Notes under the pieces: generated by a model
Seen by the model: only the letters and a program-made list of their open reading frames with translations
Told to the model about the DNA's origin: nothing
Databases searched by the model: none
In this document: positions 38,154 to 48,929 of the stretch, one piece after another
Layout of the letters: every line of letters begins with the position of its first letter
Position numbering within the stretch: position 1 is the first letter of the stretch
Source: Girardia tigrina
Taxonomy: Eukaryota
Reading direction: 5' to 3'
DNA: 51,407 nt
NCBI GenBank assembly: GCA_001938485.1
Contig: MQRK01239951.1
Span: 41,287 to 92,693 of the forward strand
Made by a program: the position numbers and the translations under genes

Positions 38154-39648
38154 ACAGGGTTTTTCATAAATATAGCGACAGTTTTCATAAATAATTGAAC
38201 AGTTTTCATAAATAAACGGACAGTTTTCATAAATAATTGGATATTTTTCAAAATTAAACGGACAAATTTCCATAAAAAAATAAAAAATAATTAAAAATTA
38301 ATGTATATAAAAATATATAAAGGTTAGAACTGGTTAGAAAATGAGTTTACATAAATAAATTTCCATCGAATATTTTAATTATAAAATTAACTTTATCTAA
38401 TTCATGGTTTCCCAAAAATGCCGATAATATTGACTACATACTGTAAAATCCTGTAAGTTGGAAATTATAGTCGAAATATTTGAAATGAGAATATTTCGGG
38501 AATTTGCTCTCGGTCTTATTCGATCTAAACTTGATTTAATTGTTGAAAAAATATTTTCAATAGGATTTAGATCGGGACTTTATGCAGACAAAAATAGAAT
38601 TTCGATATTTTTCTGAATGCAAAAGTCTGCAATCTCGGCACAGTGATGAAACCTAACATTATCAAGAACAAGTGCTGGATTTTCAACAAAGACTTCGCGC
38701 TCATAACATTCGTTTAGAAATGTAAGAAATATTTCCCTGTTATATGTACCATCAACGAGTTTGAAATGGTCGATTCGATTATTCGATATTATTGAACACA
38801 AAGAAACGTTTCTTCCTTGTGATCTTGGTTGGTACAGAATCGCCTCTTCTGACCCAGCGCTATAACCATAGTTTTTTGATGTGTGTAAATTGAAGCCAGA
38901 TTCGTCCAAAAACAATATTATCCTTCGAGTCATACCCAATATGTTAAAATGTCTGTCTTGCGTTTCGATTCTCATCCGTAACTCGAACAATTGATCTTTT
39001 CTTGAGTCTTTTTTCGAGTAAGATTGACTGTTTTCATTTCTCGATACATTTGAGAAACGAAAATTGGTGATTGTAGCAGATCTATACATCCCTGTAAAGT
39101 TAAAAAATTATCGTTTCACATAATGCTTCGAATCTCCACGTGTAGCTGGTTTTATTTATGATTTTTCGTCCCGCCTTTTTATATAAATTATCATATTTTG
39201 TATCTTCTTCGTCACATTCCGTAATCTTTTTTATTGTGGTATATACGGAATTACGACCCAATAATGTGACCCTACATATATCTTCCACAAAAATCGACAC
39301 ATGTTCTTTTAATAATATTAAATTTTTCTTCGTTCATTACTATTCTCTGTTTCCGTTGATCGTAAGTATTACATTTTGTATTCTGATTTTCCATTTTTAT
39401 TGTATTTGAAAAATTGTATACTTTCTATCGACTTTGTAATAAATTCAATAAAATATATCGAAAGGTTTTATATACTAGAATTTATATTGTTTGTTTCTTA
39501 ATTTTAAAAATAATTTTAAATTATTTTTTATTTTTTTATGAAAATTTGTCCGTTTAATTTTGAAAATGTCCAATTATTTATAAAAACTGTCCAATTATTC
39601 ATGAAAACTGTCCAATTATTTATGAACACTGTCGTTATATACCTTGTA
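38154..39648 (-). mobile_element. IS630/Tc1-like DD34E element with long TIRs built from 21-bp tandem repeats
   Basis: (gacagttttcataaataattg)n at 38170-38270 inverted at about 39535-39639; FLDESGFN, VLDNVRFHH..34 aa..SPDLNPIENIFS (one in-frame stop). Confidence 0.88.
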
Positions 39649-39763
39649 TATAATGGGTGATGAACAGGGACACAACATTTCCATGGTAAATTTTAGTGGA
39701 ATCCGCGGTACATTTTTGCATTTTCCGCAATTATTTATATTAGTATTTTACCTATATAGTTAT

Positions 39764-40438
39764 TATTGGGTTCTTGATCAAAAGACATTATCATGAACTC
39801 AAAAATTTATTTCTATAACAATTTGAATTTTTTAAACAAATATTTTTGAGTAACTTTTGCACTTTCTTTTTTTACACAACCAATATAAATAAAAATAGAT
39901 ATAAATAAAAATTTGGTTAGTATATTTTATACAAATTAAAATTCTATATTCTTTTTAATAAAATTATTATAGTGAATTAAAATTTTGTCACAAAGATTTT
40001 GTTGCGTCTTTTATTAATTTTTCAATTTTATGGTACATTTAAATTTACCTGTTTCTCAATTACATTTTCCAAAATAAAATTATAATTACATTTTCCAAAA
40101 TAAAATTATAACCACATTTTTAATTTACTTTAATTTAAAAGTTACCAAAATGGTTTAGTTTACTTTTATTTCGCAAATAAAATATCAAATTTAAATTACT
40201 TTTTATTTTATTTCAAATAAATATTTTCATCAAATTTGAAATTAACTTTTTTTACTTTATAATAAATCTTTACAAAAGTCTTTTAATAACCCTACCGTAA
40301 AATTTATTTTATTTCTTTCTTAAATTAATTTTTGAAAATCTTATTTTAACATATTTATAGCAATATTACGGATTTTAATTGTTTATTTAATAATTTGATA
40401 AGATTCAAAAATTTTATATTTTATGAACGCTCCCAACA
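39764..40438. mobile_element. AT-rich solo LTR (675 bp) with 5-bp TSD GTTAT, nested in the hAT
   Basis: gttat|TaTTGGGTTCTTGATC...CCCAACA|gttat; 5' end shared with 7211. Confidence 0.82.
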
Positions 40439-40599
40439 GTTATTTTCATCCATATTGTTTAAGTATCTTAAAGAAATTTTTGGCTATGAATATAAACATT
40501 CACATATATTAAAATAAAAAAATCTCATACGACTAATATGGTTTTATTTGTTTTCCATAAGAAGGCATAATTTACTACTTCAAACTTTATTTAAATACA

Positions 40600-41850
40600 G
40601 TGGCAAAGAAATGCGGTGTTTTCCGGATTCATTCACTGTCTGAGAGAGGTAAACACTTGGTTGAAAGCAGTGAATGACCGTTCCACATCACCTCTGTGGA
40701 CAGTGAACTGTAGAAGTAAAACAACACGTGCAGCAAGATTAGAAACACCATTTTGAACAGCTGTGCTGCCTCCTTCTCCCTCACGTTCCTTGCAAATGAA
40801 GGCAGAATAATGCGGAATTAAGGATGCGTGGTAAAGGACCGCTTCAAACAACGTGTTCCACCGCGTTAAAACAGGTTCTGGAGGAAGAGCATGTAATTCA
40901 ACTGCACGTGATTGTAGATGCTGAAGAAATCGATTTCGGCGAGCCGGTGCCATAATGAGACAGAACTTTAATTGTGAGTCGCAATGATCGACGTCAAGCA
41001 TTATCAGTCGCATAGAATTACCAGCAAGAGATAAAATCTGTGCTTGACAGTGCATACGTTGAAAGTTAATCCACAGCAAAGAGAGAATGTTCTTTCACGC
41101 TTTTGCAAAGTACGAGGCACTGACAGATACGAATAACAGCACATTCTAAATATTCATTTGAAAATCGCTGTAGCACTGAATTAGAGCGTGTGATCAATTC
41201 CGTGGTTTACTTTGTCAACGTTAACGGTTTTAACAAGCAGTGGTGCGGACGGCTCATCAAAGCTGTCTGTAAGTTGGTATCCGGGGCACAGTACATTGAA
41301 TTATTCAATGAATAGAATTTGATTTGAATAGAATGTTAAAAACGCGGCGATTTTGGAGATCTATCGTTTTATCGACGATAATGTCGATCCATGGGTATAC
41401 GGAACTTTGCATCATGCCCCAATCGAGGCAAGTAGATGGAGAAGGCTTAGAGAATCCGATTTAGGTACAGCACCTCCACTTGTGGATATGAACTTGCAGA
41501 CTTCAGGATGATCGGCTTTTTCAATGGGGTTGTTAGCGCGCATTGTCATGTCCGCAAAGTCATGAGTTACATTATCTCTCTGTGCTTTAGCAGTGACTTG
41601 CTGTTCAAATAATGTCGTCACCACACCCTGCCTCTTAGCTTGCCAACCCGAGGAAGCTTCTGTCTGATATTTCAGTGTAGCTTCTTCATGTTTTGCGCTG
41701 TTGATGATCTGTGATTATTTGGCGTCGCACATGATCAACAGCCATGTTACAAAATGAGAAGAAAAGGATTTGTCCATCGGTGTGAAATTTATCTTTTCCA
41801 AACTCTGCTACTCGGTTTTTTGCGGATATCTTAGTCGACGTCTTAGATAT
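40600..41850 (-). pseudogene. Frameshifted CGGBP-type hAT transposase
   Basis: KNRVAEFGKDKFHTDGQILFFSFCNMAVDHVRRQIITDH..SAKH; ANNPIEKADHPEVCKFI..GGAVPKSDSL; IIVDKTID; HCQAQILSL; PVLTRWNT; DVERSF. Confidence 0.88.
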
Positions 41851-42049
41851 ACTACGCTTAATACACCTGTCTACAAATTATAAGGGCATTATAAAATTGA
41901 TTAAGTGACTATATACATACTCTATATACTCTATATACATACACAACTCATACATACATTTTTTTACATTGATTTAAGACACTTCAGTTTTTACTAGGGC
42001 CATTTGTAAAATTAAAATAAATTAATGTTCAAAAATATAAATAAAAAAT

Positions 42050-42470
42050 GTCTCCATCATCATTGCTATCTCTAAAAGCGGACCAGTACATTTTAATGTC
42101 AATAGTGTGAATCTAGATAAATATCAAGAGTTTCTTTCTGAACTTGTCCATCACCTTCTCACCAAACATTATCTGATACATGACAGCGCCTCTATTCACA
42201 CAGGCATTGTCAATCCGAAACATAGGTAAGTGGTTCACTTGCCCCCATATTCCCCCTTCTCAAACCCAATCGAATCAGTCTTCAATAATCTGAAGAAAAG
42301 TGTTCGATCGTCGTTAACATTAACGTTAGGGATATCCGATATGAGCCCGTCTCAGAGATAGAACCTGCTATCAAGCTTAATAAGTTATTCTAATCTTAAA
42401 GAATATTATCACAACATTAAAAAAATTCTGTCATCCATTATGAAAATCGACATTAACGGAAATAGATTAA
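42050..42470 (+). pseudogene. IS630/Tc1-like transposase fragment inside the hAT
   Basis: HDSASIH and LPPYSPFSNPIESVFNNLKKSVR. Confidence 0.75.
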
Positions 42471-45109
42471 TTATAAAGTGAATATAAATAAAGAAATTTA
42501 TAAAAACACCTTACTTCTTAATTTTTATATTTGAAAATTCTATATTTCTAAAATTGTGATTTAAATATGATATTCAGTACCCTTTATTAATGTAAAAGGG
42601 ACCTAATAGATTGTAAAGTTGTATATATTTTGAAAAATGCAATGTTTTTAAACAAATGTTAAAACAAATTTGTTAATATTGATTTTAAATTATTATCGCA
42701 ATTTAAATTAAATAAGTTTGTTTTTTTTTATTTTTCGCGAGATTTCTCGGACCGCGGAATTGCAATGTCCCTAATGATGAATCAACTTTTCGATATATGA
42801 TATTGACCAAGCGTTCTTATTTAATAAATTTGTTTGTTTATCATTAAACATTTAACAGATTTTGTATCTACTAAAGAGACCACAATCGTGATATTAAATA
42901 TACTTGCATGTTATACTCATATACCCTTTGTACCTATATTTACAAAAGCCATTCGGAGTTATGAACAATCCTGTATCAGTTTTCTTTCAATAAATATCAT
43001 TTTCGTAGAATTTAGATATTCCATTAATCAATGTGTTAAAGAGTAGTAAATTATTTAATACTCTGATTGTAAATTAAATATAATGGATTAAATTCATATA
43101 TAATGGGAAACGATTATGCATTATGTTTTTTTCAAAAATTGAAAATATGATTTGCATACCATCTTGTGACTTAAATCCTAAAAACAAAAATAAGATTTTC
43201 TTCAATGTTAGACAAAAAATGATGATAATGTTTGTACAATTGGATATAGGATTGCGCCTTCAATAACTGGTTTTACCATTGATTATTGAATTAAAAATGA
43301 ATATTTGATGTAGCGAAGGTCTAAAGTTATCAAAATGATATTTCATTCAAATAATTAACGTAAGTCTAAGTTCTTTGTTCTGTAAATTAATTTTGTTTTT
43401 TGAGAATTTTATTTTTTATTATATACAATTTTATATGAAACACAAAGTCGGTTCTCAGAACAAAAACTAATGGACATGCGTCAATTATTTGACTTTTTTC
43501 CATAGTTATTCGAAACACTGTTTAAATCTAATTTAACGGAAATTTTAAAGAAGAGGAAATGAATTTAAGTTTCGGTCCTAAAATTCATAAATAAGCATAA
43601 ATTTCAATCAAAAATGTATTTAGGATGTAAATAGGATGAATTTAAAAATCATTTCTCGGTCTTATGAAATTTGTTTGATACTGAATTCTAAACATCACTT
43701 GGTTTGTGTTCAGATCTCGTTTATAAATATACATATAAAGATGCAACGCATTTATAAATGATGGGATTGCATTAATGTAATATTACTGATCATAATTTAC
43801 AATGTAAAAATAAAATGATTTTCCAATTCTGTGCAATCGATTTTTAAATTATTGATAGAGAATGATGAGTGTGTCCTTATTAAAAAGAATAATTGATTCG
43901 AGAATTAATATTCAAGCTTCACTTTCCAATTCTCAGCTAAATATTTTCAAATATTATCTAATGAAATTATTGATAACATAATCATTTCTTTGGGATGTTA
44001 ATTTATTCTGACTGGACAATACATCGAAATTCATTATTGAATTAAATTTTTAAAAATGGCGTCTTGATTTTACTTTTATAAATATTTCATTAAATTATTG
44101 TTTATTTTATTACTACGTTGAATGATTTAGAATGAGTTACATCCGTCCTAATATTCTATTTAATTTGTGTTTACACTTTATAATATGAGGTATTTGATCG
44201 ATCTGAATTGTTTAAAATTTTTTAATAATATCTAATGAATTATGGACTTTTGTTAATATTTCTTAAATAAAATTTGGAAGCAATAAACAAAAAAATATAT
44301 TTCAATAAATTAACCATTATCATTGCATGCATTATTGAACTAAATATCGATTCAAATGTAAAATAGGAAAGAAGCTAAGGAATAAATTTAATTATCTGAA
44401 TTGTTATTGTGCTTGAAAATTTAAATGGAAAGTAAAAATTTATGTACAAATAATTATTTTGTATGAAACTACTTTAATCTTTATGAAATCAATAATTTTA
44501 ATATATTTTTGTAACACTATTGTTGCACTAGTGTCACTATAAATCATGGGTTCTGTGTTTAGATTTTGTTAGGGTCAAATGACGTTTTTATATGTATGGA
44601 AAGATAAAAAAAGACAATGGGAAATATTGGGTTTCACCTGTTCTAATGTAATAAACTTGATACAAACTTTATTCTACTTCGTTCCGCACAATTCTTAAAT
44701 AGGGATTGAGAAGCAAAACACTTCCCTTGCTTGATATGTTGGAAATAGATAAAATAGATATTTAATAGATATTAATATATAAGTTAATTTTGTAAAGTAT
44801 CCCCTGGAAAATGTTCCGGAGACCATCTTTCAGGTGCGTAGCTAGGATTTCATTTCGGCGTTGATATTGATGAACATGTCACAATTTCTCCCACACTTAC
44901 ATATATATTCACACACACATAATCATTCACACATACGCATACTGACATCGTTAAGGATTTTTTGGTCCTTTTAAATAGCGTTTCCATATTGTTTATTGTT
45001 TAGCAAGAATGAATAGAGGCTGGTTATATAAATTACAGTGTATTCTACAGAAATAGTACGGAATAAAGAATTTAATAAAGAAAAGAATAGTTAAATTTAT
45101 ATTAAAAAG

Positions 45110-46010
45110 TTCAGTCGTCATTGGTATTGGCCAAATTCTTCCAGAATATCATGAGCACTGACTGAAACGTCCCAGCGCATTTTATAGCATCAACCGACCA
45201 CTTAATGCTTTCACCAGGTATCAGTAACTCATAGTGCATGATACCTGAAATATCCCACCATACACAAGGAAGGACTTTGTTTAACGTTAGTGATGATCGA
45301 GGAGTCGAAAAACCTGCTTCTCCGGAAGAAAGCCATTGTTTTCTTCGATTTGGATTATTATGCAGGACCTACTTCTCGTCTCCTGTAATAATTCGGTCCA
45401 AAAAGGGTCTTCTTCATGTTGATTCAGGAGATTTATGATGATTTTAGCATTTATTTATGAATTTTAGTATAACGTTTATCGCGGGCGTGCTCAGTTAACG
45501 CGTGCAGTACCCAAACTCCTTGTTTGTGAATCTTCCCTATTTCTTTTAAATTCACATGAACAACCCATATATTTATCGATAATTCTTTGATTGTTTGACG
45601 AGGATATGGTTCCACTAGCGCCTTTAAGGTGTTCTGAACTAATTTTCGAGGTTGGCTTGATCTATTTTCATCTAAGAGACTCCTGTTTCCATTTTTAAAT
45701 CTTTTCAACCACCAATGACACTTCTTTAGTCTTAGAATATCACCTTAAGCTTTATTAATTTTTTCCGTTGTTTCTTTTGCTTTAAATCCGCAATCGTAAA
45801 CAGTCAACATTGAGTGACGCACGTGTTGATCGTCTGTCGCTGGCTTGAATATTGTTCCAATTGGTTAAAAACAAGTTTTTTCAGTTTTATTTGTTTTAAA
45901 TAGAATTTACGATCCTGGTTTGAAAAAGAATTAAAATTTACATGTTTGCGACACCGCGTTTCAACACAGGATGACGTAAAATAACGTCATCGAATTTTTC
46001 CAATAACTAA
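45110..46010 (-). pseudogene. Mariner transposase remnant lacking its C-terminal part
   Basis: KRFKNGNRSLLDENRSSQPR, GVWVLHALT, FLDRIITGDEK, CVWWDISGIMHYELL. Confidence 0.8.
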
Positions 46011-47238
46011 ATAAATAATCTAATATATATTACAATTGTAGTTTTAAATATATAACTTTTATGTATGCTTTCCTAAGATCCACTAATATACCAGTTTGTA
46101 TGAATTTTGTCATCAGTCCAGACTGTGGAATTGAGGGTAGCGGTTCATTTAGGTTTCACCGTCTCAAGAAAGCAAGTCGTGTTGCATAATTTGATCAGTT
46201 AATAATAGAAAGCAGCTAAAACTGTTCTCAGCATCAACTTATATTGTCGTTCATAGTTTCTCTTATTTAGCATTCCTACTTCTTAGATACTTTTTTGTAA
46301 TAAACTTATAGAGTAAATTGAATATATAAAATCATACTATGTATGGATTAGTTAAAATATATATTGTTATATTCATTAAAAGGTTTTCAATAACAAGTTT
46401 AATTGATAAACTAAGTTTTTTAGTATAAAAAGTAATTTAAACTTATATTTTCGTGTCGAAATTTTAATAAAAAATAAAGTATACATTACAGATTGGGATT
46501 AGGAAATATAGAGCGAATTTCCTTTTGGAATACGTTTTTCTATTCAATTTAAGACAGATTTATTTTACTTTTACATATGGAATCATCTCCTACTTCATTT
46601 GAAATGTAGGAGATTTTTGAAATGTATTGTTTACCGTGAATAAATTTCTGTGTTTTTTCCTCTCACTATTTTTAATTCATGCAACTAAAATAATTATTAT
46701 ATCATTGATAACGTTCTTGTTCTTTTAGATTAATCTTAAATGATGTTACTATTTTTTTTGATTCTTGTTCCTCCTAACAAAGGGAACTTCATACCATTGC
46801 TTTATCTAATACAGCATTCCATGTGTCACAAAATTTTGCATGTTTCCAGACTCCTTTTTTTAAAATGTTATGTCAATTAACAACAATCTCTTACAATTAA
46901 AATCAAATTTTCTATCAATGTTAAATATGTAACTATTAAAATTCTTCTTAACAAATGATCTTTTTTTGCTAATTATTAACAAAATTAAATTAAAATATTT
47001 TCAAATAATGTGAAATTGTGATGGATCATGTGACATTTCTTACACTGAATGTCAATATACATTTAGTTTAATCATTAATTTAACTGCAACTTTAGCTTAC
47101 TTTTATCTCTACATCTTATTGATAAATCATAATATATTATATTTTATTTTAAATAATAAATTAATTTAAAAATTAAAATGATTTATAATTATATTTTATC
47201 AAAATTCTTAAAGTTTATTCATAAGAATTTATTTTTAG

Positions 47239-47565
47239 AATGAACTTGATGCTTTAAAACTTGTACTGGGCCGGGAATTTGACAATTTCAATAACACAAC
47301 ACAAAAAGATTTAGACAAATTAATTAAAAACAATATAATCGAACTAGAAAAATTTTGTAAAGAAAATCGATCGAAAGAACTAAATTTTATCAAAAATTTA
47401 GACAATATAACAAAAAAAGATATTAAAATTCTGAAAAAGAATTTTAATTCTCAAAATCTGAAAGCTGGTGATTTTGAAACGGAACTTAAAAATGTTCAAA
47501 AACTCAGTGATGCTAGAACCAGAAGGTATAAACGGGATTCTATCAAAAATCGCCATAGATTACAA
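47239..47565 (+). CDS. TAO: TAO kinase exon (coiled coil)
   Basis: tttttag|AAT GAA CTT...TTA CAA|gtaatt. 327 nt open: NELDALKLVLGREFD...RRYKRDSIKNRHRLQ resembles AEMDEHRLRLDKDLE...RRFKRRMLLGRHNLE. Confidence 0.88.
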
Positions 47566-47609
47566 GTAATTACTTTATAATTTAACTTAAAAGTTTTATA
47601 ATCTTTCAG

Positions 47610-47867
47610 ATGAAACATCTTGACTGTGAATTGAATCAAGAACAATCACAGCTGGAACAGAAAAATGCTTTAATTCTTCAACAACATGACAAATTATTGA
47701 ACATGCAATTGAATCACCAAGAAAATATACATCGTTTAAGAATAGATCAGATTCAAAAATTGCAAAATATTGAAATTGATGCACAGAAGCAATATGCCCA
47801 ACAACAAGAAAATCTTCTCAAGAAAAGACATGCTTCTGAAGTTAAGAATTTTCCAAAATATCTTAAG
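47610..47867 (+). CDS. TAO: TAO kinase exon (coiled coil), after a 44-nt intron
   Basis: tttcag|ATG AAA...CTT AAG|gtaata. ALILQQHD...KKRHASEVKNFPKYLK resembles AMLLRQHE...RRKHVMEVRQQPKSLK. Confidence 0.9.
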
Positions 47868-48008
47868 GTAATATACAAATGTTTTTGTATTAAGTTTTGG
47901 TTTTGTATGTTGTTATATCATCTCATTTTTAAGTATATAATGTCTCTAAATGTCAAAAGGTTTTCATTCATTGAAAAAAAGGGGGGGAAACGAACGTATT
48001 TATTTTCA

Positions 48009-48165
48009 TATATACAATTCGTCTATATGCAATTATTACATATATGCAACTTTTCCTGACGCATATAGACGAATTGCATATAGACAATACCTACTGTAAA
48101 GATTTGCCTATATTCAAGTTTTTTTGCGGCACCAAGCGACTTGCATATAGACAATATCTACTGTA
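48009..48165. repeat. Duplicated Tigger/Tc1-type right ends (gcatatagacaata.ctactg|ta x2)
   Basis: Two copies ending CTACTG-TA at about 48097 and 48165, with internal inverted tctatatgcaa motifs. Confidence 0.5.
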
Positions 48166-48436
48166 ATGATAAATATCGGATTTTATCATCGATTTTATTT
48201 GAATCATGAATTACAGTCGTTGAAGAATGTGTGAATTTGATCATTTCAACATCGTATTTTTATTGAATCATTTTCAAATGTTTTCCACCCAATGTATTGT
48301 AAATATTGATCGAATAATCGTGACAAATTAAAATCAATCTATCATTGTTGGTCGTGAAATTGATTGTAGTTACTTAATCAGAGTTGTCTTTAAGACACGG
48401 AAAACATTCGTAACTTCACAGATTTTCGTCATTTAA

Positions 48437-48506
48437 CCTTTTCGATCCTAGCGGTACATATATGTACCACAAAATTATAGAATATTTGTATTCAGAGCCG
48501 AAAGGC
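48437..48506. mobile_element. 70-bp piggyBac-type mini-MITE
   Basis: TTAA|CCTTTTCG...CGAAAGGC|TTAA with internal palindrome GGTACATATATGTACC. Confidence 0.55.
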
Positions 48507-48929
48507 TTAATTTCATTACAATCCTCTTATCACAATTTCTTAAAATTTACAAGCACGATCAATATCAAATTTAAAAATTTTTTTTCTGAAATACAAAAAT
48601 TTAGAATATATTAAAGAAGCAAAATTGAAAATGCCCTAATGTTTTTAATAAAATAGAAAATACCCTAAATTTTATTTTTTTCTATTTTTTAAAAAAAATG
48701 GGGTATTTTCCTTTTTGGTTCTGAATTTAATTAGTAAAATGAAAATTTCGATAGGAAAGGAGTTTTCTTCGCTTGAAGAATTTGATAATTCTATTTTATA
48801 AAAATAATTGAGGTATTTTCTATAGGGGAGTTGAACAATTGGTCTAAAAAACAAACAAAACAAAACAATCAACATAACAATAAGTGAAATTGAAATTGTA
48901 TAAATATCCAACTAAGAATAAACTGTATT

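Larger units (their letters stand above)
39665..42773 (-). mobile_element. hAT transposon with CGGBP1-like transposase
   Basis: Ends CAGGGACA...TGTCCCTA, 8-bp TSD GTGATGAA/ATGATGAA, ccgcgg subterminal motifs. Confidence 0.85.

Noticed and set aside
38160-38270. CRISPR-like regular repeats
   Set aside because: Head-to-tail 21-mers without unique spacers, mirrored in the opposite TIR; eukaryotic context with no cas genes.
47868-48059. C-terminal extension of ORF 47610-48059
   Set aside because: TAO similarity ends at a strong donor (AAG|gtaata); the rest is intron read-through.
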